A stretch of 64,000 bases of DNA from an uncultured Candidatus Saccharibacteria bacterium (GCA_964534465.1 CAZHOB010000003.1:14843-78842), one strand, 5' to 3'; shown: positions 36,481 through 46,551, counted from the stretch's first letter. The notes: generated from the sequence alone by a model not told the origin. Numbers and translations are program-made.

Positions 36481-36672
36481 GAAACCATGAGGCGTCGCCT
36501 CATGGCTTGACAGATTATAATTTGTATGCATAATATTGCCCAGGAACCCATGGCAACCCTCTAGGAAAGAGAGACTTGGAATGCCGCAGCTCGGCCTAGC
36601 CGAATTGCACTCCGTCTGATGTAGAGAAGCGCTGGAATGACTCCGGCGCGCCCCAACCCGACGGAGGGAATC

Positions 36673-36909
36673 ATGGGCAATCACCATCCGACCATCACCA
36701 GGTACACCTGTGCGGTGTGTTGGCACAACGGGCAAGGGCTCCGTTGTACTGGCGACGAAGTTGCCGTGCCGTTGTGGACCTCTCTCAAAGAGGCTTACGC
36801 GGACCCCGTTCATAACGACGGGTGTGGCATCGTCGAACTCGAGATCACACTGAAGAACGTGATCATCGAGACCTCGCCGACGTGGTGCGAGGTACCGCAG
36901 GACGAATAG
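36673..36909 (+). CDS. Small Cys-containing protein (78 aa) inside the aminopeptidase-proximal insertion
   Basis: Start MGNHHPTITRYTCAVCWHNGQG with RBS GGAGGGAATC. Five Cys. T-tract terminator region ~36925-36950. Confidence 0.4.
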   Translation: MGNHHPTITRYTCAVCWHNGQGLRCTGDEVAVPLWTSLKEAYADPVHNDGCGIVELEITLKNVIIETSPTWCEVPQDE

Positions 36910-36951
36910 TCCTGCAATAAGCGCTCGGCTACGGCCGGGCGTTTTCTTTTT

Positions 36952-38190
36952 TTATAGGACGAACATTCCGTCTTTGTAGATAACCTTTTCTTTGCCGTTT
37001 TTGAGGTGGGCTGTCACGGTGCGGTCGGTGGTGGAAATGATGTCGGTGTGGACGGATGAGTCGTTGAAGCCGAGCGCTTCGGCTTGTTTCTTGGAAAGTT
37101 TGGATGGATCGCCGCGATAGGTGTCGCGATACGACATGCCGAGCGCGACGTGGGTGTTGCCGTAGCGGCCGCCCATGTTTTCATCGAAGAGTGTTTCGGC
37201 CATAAATTTGGTGATGCGCGAGTGACGGCTGTCGGTCAGCGAATACTCGCCTATTTTATCTGCATCCTTCGTCGCTATCATTTCTTTGAGGAACTTTTCG
37301 TTGGTCTTGGCGCTGCTTTTGACCACGCGACCATCTTTGAACCACAGCTGAATGCCGGTTATTTTGTTGCTATAGCGATAGAGCGGCTGATTGAATCGCA
37401 CCCAGCCTTCCGTACCGCGCCAATCGGGCGAAGTGAATATCTCAAAGCTCGGGATGTTGCGTCCGCTGCCTGCGAGCCAATTGCGCTTTTTACCGAGACG
37501 AATTTTCAAATCCATATCCGTCCCCTTGGCATGCAAATAGTCTACTTTGGGCGAAAGTTTGTTGAGTTTGGAGCGGAAGAGGTCTATTTGCCTGTACACT
37601 GCCTTCCATTTCGCAATAGGATTTTTCTCATCGAGAAAACACGCCTTGATTATCTGGTTCCAGTACTCTTTTTCACTCAATCCGGCTTCCTTTGCCATCG
37701 CGGGTGTGCCATAGAGACCGATAGTCCATGTAAATTTCCCTTTCCATTCCTTTTCGTGCCGCCAATCCATAAAAGGCTTGAGGGCCACACCGCGACGCAT
37801 GATCTTTTTTGGATCCACGCCTTTGAGCGCGTGCGGGTCGGCGTCGGAAAGGATAAAGAGCGAGTGATCCATCTGGTCCACAAGGCCGCGTAAATATTTT
37901 GCGGGAAAGAAATCGAGCTGGTGGTCTTTAGCGTGCTCGTAGAAAAAGCGGGTGAAGCTCTCGTTGCGGCGCTTGTCGCCCTGCTCGTCGTCGGGTCCGT
38001 AGTTCTGGATGACATGCCCTCCCGCAGCCACGATCGCATTGCAAACTGCGTTGTAGAGCGGTTTCGCTGATTCGGCGCTTGAAACGCGGACGACGTCGCC
38101 CTTCTTGATCCCCTTCCCGCCGCCGAGCGCAAAATTGACCAGCACGTCGGCATATTTTTTTAATATTTCGTTGCTCGGTGTGTATGACAT
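36952..38190 (-). CDS. Aminopeptidase, M29 (AmpS/PepS) family
   Basis: N-terminus MSYTPSNEILKKYADVLVNFALGGGKGIKKGDVV. Length 412 aa typical of thermophilic-type aminopeptidase family M29. Confidence 0.75.
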   Translation of the reverse strand: MSYTPSNEILKKYADVLVNFALGGGKGIKKGDVVRVSSAESAKPLYNAVCNAIVAAGGHVIQNYGPDDEQGDKRRNESFTRFFYEHAKDHQLDFFPAKYLRGLVDQMDHSLFILSDADPHALKGVDPKKIMRRGVALKPFMDWRHEKEWKGKFTWTIGLYGTPAMAKEAGLSEKEYWNQIIKACFLDEKNPIAKWKAVYRQIDLFRSKLNKLSPKVDYLHAKGTDMDLKIRLGKKRNWLAGSGRNIPSFEIFTSPDWRGTEGWVRFNQPLYRYSNKITGIQLWFKDGRVVKSSAKTNEKFLKEMIATKDADKIGEYSLTDSRHSRITKFMAETLFDENMGGRYGNTHVALGMSYRDTYRGDPSKLSKKQAEALGFNDSSVHTDIISTTDRTVTAHLKNGKEKVIYKDGMFVL

Positions 38191-38244
38191 GGCTGAAGAG
38201 TACTAGCGTGAAGATGATTTGTCTATGTACGACAAGGCGGCAAA

Positions 38245-38268
38245 AAAGCCCCCGCGGGGGCTTTTTTG
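38245..38268. terminator. Bidirectional intrinsic terminator aaaaaagcccccgcgggggcttttttg
   Basis: Perfect palindromic GC stem flanked by A- and T-tracts. Confidence 0.6.
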
Positions 38269-38284
38269 CCGCTGTCTTTTAGTA

Positions 38285-39118
38285 CTAGTGAACGTTTGCC
38301 GAGGAAGTGGAGCTTGCGCTCGCGCTGGCCTCGAGTCCCATTTGATGGAGAGCTTGTACCACCGAGTGAGCGTCCTCGCGTGCCTTGTGGAGATCGTCGA
38401 GTGCTGCCTTGACCTTGGCGCGTGCTTCCTTGAGCGCCTGTTCGTTGGCCTGCATCTTGGCCTGATCGCCGTTGTCGGGAGTGAGCGAAGCCACGAGCGA
38501 TACCGCCGCATCGGCCTGCACGTTGGCATCCGAAATCTTGGCGTTCATGTCGGTGAGGCTCGCATTGAGTGCCGTTACGTCCTTGCCGGCCGTCTGCGCC
38601 GCGGCGATGCGTGCTTGCAACTTGGCGGCGAATTCCGTAAAGAGGTCGCCGGTAGCCTTCACCTTATCCGCTGCCACCTCGATGCGTCCCTGCGGAATGA
38701 CAAGCATAAAGATGCGGTAGCTGCCGGTGATGGATTTGATATCCGTCTTCAGAGTGTCGATGTCACTATCGGCATCGATCTTGCCCTTGAGTGCTGAGAG
38801 CGCCGATACCTGGGCGGCCACATCGGCTGCGAGCGATGATTTCATCGATGCGGAAACCTTGACCATTGCCTGCACGCGCGTATTCAGATCATTGAGAGCG
38901 CTGACGCGACGGTCGATCTCCTGATCGGCATGACTTTTTGCATTGGCAATGCGTGTCTGCAGACGCGCATCCACTGTGGCGCTAGCGCCGGCATTGGTGC
39001 CTACAGCGCTCGCTTGCACGGTCGCGCTACCCGATGTGTCCACATCAAGGGCAAGAACGGGCGATGCCATGAGCATCGTAGCCAGAGAGAGTCCTGCAAT
39101 TTTAGTTATAGTGTTCAT
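38285..39118 (-). CDS. Secreted Ala-rich alpha-helical/coiled-coil protein
   Basis: Signal peptide MNTITKIAGLSLATMLMASPVLA. Low-complexity A/K/D/T-rich heptad-like repeats. Confidence 0.5.
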   Translation of the reverse strand: MNTITKIAGLSLATMLMASPVLALDVDTSGSATVQASAVGTNAGASATVDARLQTRIANAKSHADQEIDRRVSALNDLNTRVQAMVKVSASMKSSLAADVAAQVSALSALKGKIDADSDIDTLKTDIKSITGSYRIFMLVIPQGRIEVAADKVKATGDLFTEFAAKLQARIAAAQTAGKDVTALNASLTDMNAKISDANVQADAAVSLVASLTPDNGDQAKMQANEQALKEARAKVKAALDDLHKAREDAHSVVQALHQMGLEASASASSTSSANVH

Positions 39119-39135
39119 ATTATTCTGTTTGTTAC

Positions 39136-39423
39136 TTATTCCGTTTGTTTTACGGGTTGATCAGTTTGCGAAGCTGCGCTCTGCGCGCTTGCTGTCGTAT
39201 CTATCTGCCCATCGATCTGGGTCATATCGGTGTCGAGTTCACCGTCGGTATTTCCTGTCGTGGAAAGCCCGCCTGTCTTTTGCTGTTGCACCGGCTGCTG
39301 AACCTCCTGCTGCTGCGTAGGCGGCGTTTGCGTGAGCGCTCCCGGCCCGGCAGTTTGTTTCCAAATAAACCATGACGCCGCGCCGACCACGACGAGCGCC
39401 ACTACCCACATGACTACTTTCAT
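39136..39423 (-). CDS. Small membrane-anchored Gln/Thr-rich protein
   Basis: Start MKVVMWVVALVVVGAASWFIW (TM) then Q/T/P-rich low-complexity tail. Confidence 0.4.
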   Translation of the reverse strand: MKVVMWVVALVVVGAASWFIWKQTAGPGALTQTPPTQQQEVQQPVQQQKTGGLSTTGNTDGELDTDMTQIDGQIDTTASAQSAASQTDQPVKQTE

Positions 39424-39590
39424 ACGATTTTGTCTGCGTTTGTAACTAAATTTATAATTCTGTGTTGGCATCGTACCATAGATGACGAATATGACCTCGA
39501 CGGCTTACTGTGGAATTACTGTGCAAAACTGTTGACACCTACAACAACCGTAATCTGCTTGTGCAAGCCTCGCTTGCAACATCCTGAGGT

Positions 39591-39908
39591 TCAACTGAAA
39601 GTAGACTTGATGACCCAGCTTTCTATCGGAGGCTCTTCATATGGATGCGTCTTTTTAATGGCATCAAGCACTGGTTCGAGGATGGATTCATCGCATACAA
39701 ATTCTATCCTTTCTTCTTCGACTTCTTCCAGTTTCCCCACCTCTCCAATGGCAGGCGCAGCTCCGTCGTGAGGAATAAACCGTCCGATACCTTTGCTCGA
39801 AAAACTGCAATGAGAGTAATTGCCGATCTTGCCGCCGCCGGCATCACCGATCGCCGCGCGCAGAACCTCCGCGTGAGTTACGGGGACGAATACGACGACC
39901 TTCTGCAT
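39591..39908 (-). CDS. Small PII/CutA-like fold protein
   Basis: VVVFVP..AEVLRAAI.. and C-terminal HPYEEPPIESWVI resemble CutA/PII-like family (HPYEVPE motif). Tentative. Confidence 0.35.
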   Translation of the reverse strand: MQKVVVFVPVTHAEVLRAAIGDAGGGKIGNYSHCSFSSKGIGRFIPHDGAAPAIGEVGKLEEVEEERIEFVCDESILEPVLDAIKKTHPYEEPPIESWVIKSTFS

Positions 39909-39909
39909 A

Positions 39910-40314
39910 TTAATGATGATGCTGCTCCAAAATCTTCAAAATTTTATCCAGCTTATCGTCCTCGATGCGCGCTAGGCGCATTTGCAGGTCTTCTATCTCT
40001 TTCTTGGCCTGCACATTGGTGTCAAAGTCGGCATCGGCTTTGGCACGGTCGCGTTCGTTTTGCCTGTTTTGCGACATCATAATGATAGGAGCAGCGTATG
40101 CCGCTTGGGTGGAGAACAGAAGATTCAATAGAATAAAAGGATACGGATCCCAGTGTTGGTACCAAGCAACGAGATTGAGAAACACCCAGAAGGCGACGAA
40201 TACGGATTGCCCGATGATGAATGCCCACGAGCCAATTCCCGCGGCCAGCGCGTCGGCCACCCGAGCGCCCATCGTGCGACTTTCCCTATGCTTCTCGTGC
40301 CACGTACGTGCCAT
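39910..40314 (-). CDS. DUF1003-family membrane protein
   Basis: Two TM helices (GSWAFIIGQSVFVAFWVFLNLVAWY..) followed by coiled-coil. Characteristic of DUF1003. Confidence 0.6.
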   Translation of the reverse strand: MARTWHEKHRESRTMGARVADALAAGIGSWAFIIGQSVFVAFWVFLNLVAWYQHWDPYPFILLNLLFSTQAAYAAPIIMMSQNRQNERDRAKADADFDTNVQAKKEIEDLQMRLARIEDDKLDKILKILEQHHH

Positions 40315-40436
40315 AGAGACCAGTGTTACACGCGACGTAGGGCGAGTGCAATGTGAACATGTTCACATTGCCGAGTACAGCCCTGCCGCACGAAGTGGGC
40401 AGGGAGCGTGAAATCAACTGCCCGAAGGGCGTTGAT

Positions 40437-41210
40437 TTACACGTTTCTCGCGAGTTTGACGAGCGCTTTGTGCACAGCCGGATTACCGGCGATCATATTC
40501 ATGTCTTTGAAACTCCACGGCTCACCTCTCGTATTGGTAACGACGCATCCGGATTCTTCTAAGATGAGCGAGGGCGGCGCGAAATCGTGGAGCTGACCAG
40601 AATAGGTCCACATCCAGTCTTTGCGACCGCTCGCCACGTAGCACGCGTTCACGCACATCGCTCCAAATGAATGCTGGTGCAACGAAGTCGTTTTGCCCGC
40701 CTTCAGCAAGCTGCGGTAGAGCTTTTCATTGCGGCCGTACAGATTTCCTGAGCCAGTGCCGTATGTCTGGTCGAATCCGTGCGACGAGCAGTGTATACGC
40801 TTGCCGTTGAGGTATGCTCCCTTACCCTTTTTTGCAAAATAAAATTCCTTGAGCGCTGGCAGATAGATGACCGAAAGTATGACCTCACGATTCCGTGTAA
40901 GGCAGAGCATGACACCAAAGCACGGAATGCCGAGGGAGAAATTGAGCGTTCCATCTATTGGATCGATTATCCATACGTACTGCGCGTCGGCGCGCTCATG
41001 ACCCGTCTCCTCGGAAATGATGCCGTGCTCGGGATACGCATACCTGATCGCTGTGAGGACTATCTTGTTGGAGAGCAGATCGGCCTTCGTAACGACATCC
41101 TTGCGATGATCGCTTTTCAAATAGTGAACGCCATCTTTGCCGAACCGCTTCAGTACCGTATCGCCCGCCTTTTTTGCCAAATCCTGAATGAATTTGTCGG
41201 GCGACTTCAT
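40437..41210 (-). CDS. Inositol monophosphatase family protein
   Basis: IMPase motifs WIIDPIDGTLNF and ..EETG.. metal-binding region. Confidence 0.8.
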   Translation of the reverse strand: MKSPDKFIQDLAKKAGDTVLKRFGKDGVHYLKSDHRKDVVTKADLLSNKIVLTAIRYAYPEHGIISEETGHERADAQYVWIIDPIDGTLNFSLGIPCFGVMLCLTRNREVILSVIYLPALKEFYFAKKGKGAYLNGKRIHCSSHGFDQTYGTGSGNLYGRNEKLYRSLLKAGKTTSLHQHSFGAMCVNACYVASGRKDWMWTYSGQLHDFAPPSLILEESGCVVTNTRGEPWSFKDMNMIAGNPAVHKALVKLARNV

Positions 41211-41225
41211 CGGCCCACTGTACTC

Positions 41226-41594
41226 TTACATCACGGTATTCGCAACGCGGTTCCACGGCCAATTCTGCAGCGCAAGCGCGGCCGCCGCGCCGGCGATCGC
41301 GAGGTCGCGGAAAAGTATCTCGAATTGGTAGTTATCAAAGACAACGATGGCGACGAGCATCACGCTCGCAAGCGCAGATGGCCAAAAAATGCTCCGGCCC
41401 GAGAGTATCCATACGGCGATCGCGAGCTCAAGGGTACCGAAGCTATGCAGTAGCACCATGTCAGGAACGAATCCACGCAAAAAGTGCGGAAAATAGCCGA
41501 ACCACGAATCAGGATTCCAAAACGCATCTATTGCGGGAAAGGCAAAAGCGAACGCTACCGACGCCCGCAAAATCCATTCTGCAAATCTGTTCAT
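41226..41594 (-). CDS. DoxX-like small membrane protein
   Basis: Four hydrophobic helices in 122 aa. Confidence 0.4.
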   Translation of the reverse strand: MNRFAEWILRASVAFAFAFPAIDAFWNPDSWFGYFPHFLRGFVPDMVLLHSFGTLELAIAVWILSGRSIFWPSALASVMLVAIVVFDNYQFEILFRDLAIAGAAAALALQNWPWNRVANTVM

Positions 41595-41649
41595 TACAGA
41601 ATGATACCACTCAAAACAAAAGCGCCGACAATTCGCCGACGCTCGATAG

Positions 41650-41838
41650 TTATGTATCTTTGCGAAGCGACTCGAAGACGTACTTTTTCACACCCGGATG
41701 CGGTCGCGCGCTGCCGTTGGCCCATGCTCGGATGGTGTATGGCCAAACCTCAAACCGCGTCGCGAGTTTCTCGCTTCCATGCTTGATCAAAGCCCTCGTA
41801 ACGGCTTCCGTGAATTCCTTATCACTGACCTCGGTCAT
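41650..41838 (-). CDS. Small hypothetical protein (62 aa)
   Basis: ORF with RBS-like aggaga. No motif. Confidence 0.3.
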   Translation of the reverse strand: MTEVSDKEFTEAVTRALIKHGSEKLATRFEVWPYTIRAWANGSARPHPGVKKYVFESLRKDT

Positions 41839-41973
41839 TGGAATTCTCCTTTCCTAATGAGGTTTTAACACGTTTTTGACGGCACATCAATATAGCTTCA
41901 TGAGAATCAGAACACAAAGATGAAGAACGGTCTAGACATGAAGAAAGTCTGAACCTATGATGGAGAGGTTCGA

Positions 41974-42657
41974 ATGAAACACGTACTTGCATGTACCGTG
42001 GGAGCGATCGCAATATTTTTCGTGATCGGTGCTCAAGGAAACTCTATGATCGCAGTTGCATCTGCGAGCTCGTCCCCTTCATCTCAAATTAATACTCCAC
42101 AGGTGCCTGACGCATCCTCCGAAGTCACGGATACGGCGCAAAATGCCACCGTTACGACCGAAGATGGCTCGATAACGCATTCGCAGACAGAACAAGTCGA
42201 AGCAACCGTTACCGATGTTCCGTCCGACCATCAAGAACATATCGTTATCCCCTCGATCGAACTCGACGACGTGGTCATCAATGTCGGCCTCAATGACAAG
42301 GGTGAAATGGCCGTACCGGATGGGAGTACGAACAACGTCGGTTGGTGGAAAGACGGCACTGTGCCCGGTCAAGATGGCAGCGCCGTCATGGACGCACACG
42401 TTTTCGCGGCCTTCAAACGGCTCCACGAACTCGCCGCAGGCGATGACATTTACATCATCAATGAAAACGCACAAAAATTGCACTTCGTAGTCGATGAAAC
42501 AAAGTATTACGCACTCGCCGATATGCCTCTCGAATATATTTTCCATCGCGCGGGCGGCTCGCACCTCGATCTCATCACCTGCGCCGGCACATTTCAAAGA
42601 TCAATGGGCACCTACGATCATCGGCTCGTCGTCTATTCCACGCTCGTCAACGATTAA
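41974..42657 (+). CDS. Sortase (class E/F-like transpeptidase)
   Basis: N-terminal TM anchor. Catalytic His region (AVMDAHVF). Active-site LITCAGTF with downstream Arg. Confidence 0.7.
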   Translation: MKHVLACTVGAIAIFFVIGAQGNSMIAVASASSSPSSQINTPQVPDASSEVTDTAQNATVTTEDGSITHSQTEQVEATVTDVPSDHQEHIVIPSIELDDVVINVGLNDKGEMAVPDGSTNNVGWWKDGTVPGQDGSAVMDAHVFAAFKRLHELAAGDDIYIINENAQKLHFVVDETKYYALADMPLEYIFHRAGGSHLDLITCAGTFQRSMGTYDHRLVVYSTLVND

Positions 42658-42694
42658 AAAGAATTCCCCGCGCTTGTGGCACGGGGATCAGTGT

Positions 42695-43090
42695 TCAATG
42701 GCACTCATTCAGCACGCGCCGTAGCTCTTCGCGCAGCGATGTTTTGATGAACACCTTGCGAGAGCTGGCTATCATACTGTCCAATATTGCCTGCACTTTC
42801 GGAGTCGTCATGACAAGGTGCTTTGCGGCTCGCTCCACTCGTGCTATCGATTCGGCCGACGGTACGACGATCTCGGGAAGCGACTCCCAAAACGTGTCGT
42901 TGCGCAAGATCCGCTGCCCGTAATCAAGAAGTTCTTTCATCGGGACGCTTTGTAGTGTCGCGGGATCATACCCTTCGGGTAGATCCCTTTTGACGTTGAA
43001 TAGCTTTGCCAAAATATCGAACACCATCTTGCACTTCGGAACACTCGCATTGTGCCACGTCGGCACGTCCCAGCTAGTATTCTCGGTCAT
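42695..43090 (-). CDS. Hypothetical protein (131 aa)
   Basis: ORF only. Confidence 0.35.
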   Translation of the reverse strand: MTENTSWDVPTWHNASVPKCKMVFDILAKLFNVKRDLPEGYDPATLQSVPMKELLDYGQRILRNDTFWESLPEIVVPSAESIARVERAAKHLVMTTPKVQAILDSMIASSRKVFIKTSLREELRRVLNECH

Positions 43091-43135
43091 TGCCGACCTC
43101 CAACTTGTTTTTACCTGGAATATTTGTACACTTCT

Positions 43136-44407
43136 TCACTGTTTTGTCAACCTCCGCAGTGCCACGATATACGCCGCTTCGCGGAGAGTAACTTTGTGTT
43201 TTTGCGAAGATTCGAGGACGGCCTTGGTCGCGGCGCGCATTTTGGTGCGGAGTTTTTTGAAGACATCCTCCTTTTTCCATTTCCTGCGCTCGATATTCTG
43301 GAACCATTCGAAATAACTGACTGCTACCCCGCCTGCATTGGCAAGAATGTCGGGGATGACCGTGATCTTTCTGGTATTGAGGATGACATCCGCGGCAGCG
43401 GTCGTCGGGCCATTGGCCATTTCGAGCACGATACTCGCTTTGATGTCGCCGGCGTTCTTTTCAGTAATGGAATTTTCAAGCGCGGCAGGTACGACGATAT
43501 CGACGGGAAGTGTGAGCGCTTCATCCGGCGAGATGTCGCGGCCACCGAGTTTTTCCATATTCGAGAGATCGCACACCGAGCCGATACAATAGCAGCCAGC
43601 CAAATGGCCGCTCTTCTTTTTGCATTCCTCCACGGCCTTCAGGTCTTCGATGCCGCTGGGGATATAAATACCGCCCTTTGAATCAGACAGCGCGACTATT
43701 TTCATGCCCGCGGCCTGCAAGTATTCCGCAAGGTATGAGCCGACGTTGCCGAATCCCTGAATGGCCACCGTCATGCCTTTTGGATCTTTGCCGATTTTTT
43801 CGAGATACATCTGGAGTGCGTAAAAACCGCCGAGACCAGTCGCTTCAGTGCGACCCTGCGAACCGCCGTGCTCGATGGGCTTGCCGGTAACTACCGCGGG
43901 TGCTTTTTTGCCGACTTCCTTTTCATACGCGTCACGGAACCACGCCATCACTCGGCCATTCGTGTTCACGTCCGGCGCGGGCACGTCGGTATGCGGACCG
44001 ATGGCCGGCGCGAGCGCGCGGGCAAAGGCGCGCGTGAGCCGCTCGAGCTCTTTTTCAGAAAGTTTTTTCGGATCAACGATGATACCGCCCTTGCCGCCGC
44101 CGAAAGGCACTTCCACGACGGCATTTTTCATCGTCATCCAAAATGCCAGCGCCTTCACCTCGTCCATGTCCACCTTGGGATGATAGCGAAGCCCGCCTTT
44201 GTACGGCCCGCGTATGTTGTTGTGCTGGACGCGAAAACCCTTGAATACTTTTACACTCCCGTCGTCCATCTTGATGGGCAGCGACACTTCAATGGTCCTG
44301 TCCGGATTTTCAAGCCGTGCAATATCGAGCGGATGGAGATCTACACGCGAAGCGGCTGCTTTCAAGAGACCTTGCGCTCGCTCCCATGGGTTGTTGCTCT
44401 GCGACAT
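43136..44407 (-). CDS. gdhA: Glutamate dehydrogenase (Glu/Leu/Phe/Val dehydrogenase family)
   Basis: Substrate-binding motif GGLRYHP..VPFGGGKGG. Rossmann NAD(P) domain GFGNVGS. Confidence 0.9.
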   Translation of the reverse strand: MSQSNNPWERAQGLLKAAASRVDLHPLDIARLENPDRTIEVSLPIKMDDGSVKVFKGFRVQHNNIRGPYKGGLRYHPKVDMDEVKALAFWMTMKNAVVEVPFGGGKGGIIVDPKKLSEKELERLTRAFARALAPAIGPHTDVPAPDVNTNGRVMAWFRDAYEKEVGKKAPAVVTGKPIEHGGSQGRTEATGLGGFYALQMYLEKIGKDPKGMTVAIQGFGNVGSYLAEYLQAAGMKIVALSDSKGGIYIPSGIEDLKAVEECKKKSGHLAGCYCIGSVCDLSNMEKLGGRDISPDEALTLPVDIVVPAALENSITEKNAGDIKASIVLEMANGPTTAAADVILNTRKITVIPDILANAGGVAVSYFEWFQNIERRKWKKEDVFKKLRTKMRAATKAVLESSQKHKVTLREAAYIVALRRLTKQ

Positions 44408-44534
44408 AGGCGGTCATCATAATGCCAAACTCGTATGTCTACAATGAACGAATTGACACGACCCGTACTTAGTTGTACCTTAACTCCGGTCTCGGGAATG
44501 GTCCCGAGCCATAGAGAGAGAGAAAGGTCTGGCA

Positions 44535-45089
44535 ATGGACAAGTCCATCAGACTTCCTCTGGTTCTCGGCGTGCTCAAGGTGCCTGCCGAACAGCTGGAT
44601 CAAGGTGAGTGGATCGTTTTGATCGAACGCGCACTGGCGTTCTGCAAGCCGCATATAAAATTCTTTCCCGGATTCAAATCCGTGGAAGATTGCGGTAAAG
44701 AACTGTCACTGTGTCGGGCAAATGACTTTAAGATCGAGGTGGATAATGTCGACATGGTATCCTACCCTCGATTTGCTGTTATCGCCGGCAAAAAGGTCGG
44801 CGCCCCGGTGATTCTCCTGTTGACTCGCGAAGGAGAGTTGGTCGAGTGGCAACGATCGAGTCGCTGGGTCGGTGCGCAAAGTATCGGCGTACGGACAGAC
44901 TACCTTTGGCGGTTTCGGTATCTTTCTATAGGGGACTTTTTCGCTGAAATGACGCCTGACACGGCCAAAGAAGTCTTGCAGTCGCTTCAGAGGCTCGTGG
45001 AAGGATACTACCAAGTTCGTCTGAAGTATGCGGAATCCGCACGCCGCCTGCGGGATACGTTCTCCGGCATCCTTGAAAGGATCGGCTGA
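44535..45089 (+). CDS. Hypothetical protein (184 aa)
   Basis: ORF only. Confidence 0.35.
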   Translation: MDKSIRLPLVLGVLKVPAEQLDQGEWIVLIERALAFCKPHIKFFPGFKSVEDCGKELSLCRANDFKIEVDNVDMVSYPRFAVIAGKKVGAPVILLLTREGELVEWQRSSRWVGAQSIGVRTDYLWRFRYLSIGDFFAEMTPDTAKEVLQSLQRLVEGYYQVRLKYAESARRLRDTFSGILERIG

Positions 45090-45117
45090 ATCGACGCGCC
45101 AGCTCTCTGAGCTGGCG

Positions 45118-46551
45118 CTATTTTTTTTGAGGATGAGAATCAGGAGTGTACGTTTGCAGTGGAACGACATTGCGCCCCCACGCGTCGAGGATCGGGTCGG
45201 TAAAGCGCCACATGGCGCGGATCTCCTTGGTGGATATGAAGAGCGTTTGGTCGCCGCGCACACAATCGAGAAGCAATTTGGCGTACTCTTCCACATACGG
45301 CACGTGCGCGGACTCGTCGCGATGCAGGTAATGAATGATCTTCCTATCCGTGCGGAAGGTGAAACCCGGACGTTTGGCCCAAAATTCGATAAGTATCTCT
45401 TCGCGCGGCTCCATGCGAAAGATGACCCGATTGGTGTGGTGCGGCTGCTCCTTGGGACACATGCACGGCGTCGGATGTTTGAAGGTAACGACGATCTCTT
45501 TGTGCGCATTGCCCATACGTTTGCCGCTTTCCATTACGAACGGAACGCCGGCCCATGTAGGATGCGAGAGTAGTGTCGTCACCCTGAAGTACGTCTCGGT
45601 CTTGGAATTCTTGGTTACACCCGGGATATCTTTGTAACCTTTGTATTGAGCGCGAAAGGTCATTTCTTTGACCTGCTTCTTGGTCATCGGCTGCAGCGCT
45701 TCGAGTATCGCGGTGCGCTTTTTTTGTATCTCGTCGGCATCGAAGCTCGCCGGTCGCTCCATTGCGATGAGTGCGAGCATTTGCAACAAGTGGTTTTGCC
45801 CCACGTCGCGCAGTGCGCCGACCGATTCGTAAAAGGGGCCGCGCTTCTCTACGCCGACACTTTCGAGCACCTTGATGTGGACGCTCTCTATGAGCTCACT
45901 GCCCCACGGTATCTCAAAAAGATTATTTGAAAATCGGAACGTGAGGATGTTCTGCAGCATCTCTTTGGCGAGATAGTGATCGATGCGATAGATCTGATCT
46001 TCATCGAAAAGTTTCCCGAGCAGCTCGTCGATCTTTTTTGCTGTCCGGAGGTCCACGCCGAAGGGTTTCTCCACGATGATGCTTGTGCTGCCGCCGTGCG
46101 GAGGCCCCGGATCGCAGGATTCCGTGAGAGCGGTCTTGTCGAGCTGTTTGAGAATGAGGCTGTAGTATTCGGGTGCAACGGCAAGATAGAAAAGCTTGTT
46201 GGCACACTGGCCCCAGCTTTTGTCGCACGCATCGAAAGTACGCTTCAGCGCATGATAGCTTTCGGTCTGCTCGAAAGTGCCCTGCTGGAATTTGAATATC
46301 TTGAGGAATTGTTCGACACTGCTTCGCACGAGTTTTTTGTTCTCGAACTCTTCGAGCACACCCAATATGTAATCTTGGTAATCCTTGTCGCTCCAATCTC
46401 TGCGCGAGAAACCGACGACGCGAAATCGGGTCGGAAGTTCGTTCTTCTGGTGCAAATAGTAGAGCGACGGCACCACTTTACGCCGCATAAGATCGCCGGT
46501 CGCACCGAATGCGACGAATATCGTCGGTATATTGCCGGTCGGGACCACCAT
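45118..46551 (-). CDS. zwf: Glucose-6-phosphate 1-dehydrogenase
   Basis: N-terminal NADP site (IFVAFGATGDLMRRK). Active-site RIDHYLAKE. ..LFYLAVAP... Confidence 0.9.
   Translation of the reverse strand: MVVPTGNIPTIFVAFGATGDLMRRKVVPSLYYLHQKNELPTRFRVVGFSRRDWSDKDYQDYILGVLEEFENKKLVRSSVEQFLKIFKFQQGTFEQTESYHALKRTFDACDKSWGQCANKLFYLAVAPEYYSLILKQLDKTALTESCDPGPPHGGSTSIIVEKPFGVDLRTAKKIDELLGKLFDEDQIYRIDHYLAKEMLQNILTFRFSNNLFEIPWGSELIESVHIKVLESVGVEKRGPFYESVGALRDVGQNHLLQMLALIAMERPASFDADEIQKKRTAILEALQPMTKKQVKEMTFRAQYKGYKDIPGVTKNSKTETYFRVTTLLSHPTWAGVPFVMESGKRMGNAHKEIVVTFKHPTPCMCPKEQPHHTNRVIFRMEPREEILIEFWAKRPGFTFRTDRKIIHYLHRDESAHVPYVEEYAKLLLDCVRGDQTLFISTKEIRAMWRFTDPILDAWGRNVVPLQTYTPDSHPQKK

Noticed and set aside
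37084-37893. 269-aa + strand ORF
   Set aside because: Antisense to the M29 aminopeptidase gene.
43868-44422. 184-aa + strand ORF
   Set aside because: Antisense to the glutamate dehydrogenase gene.
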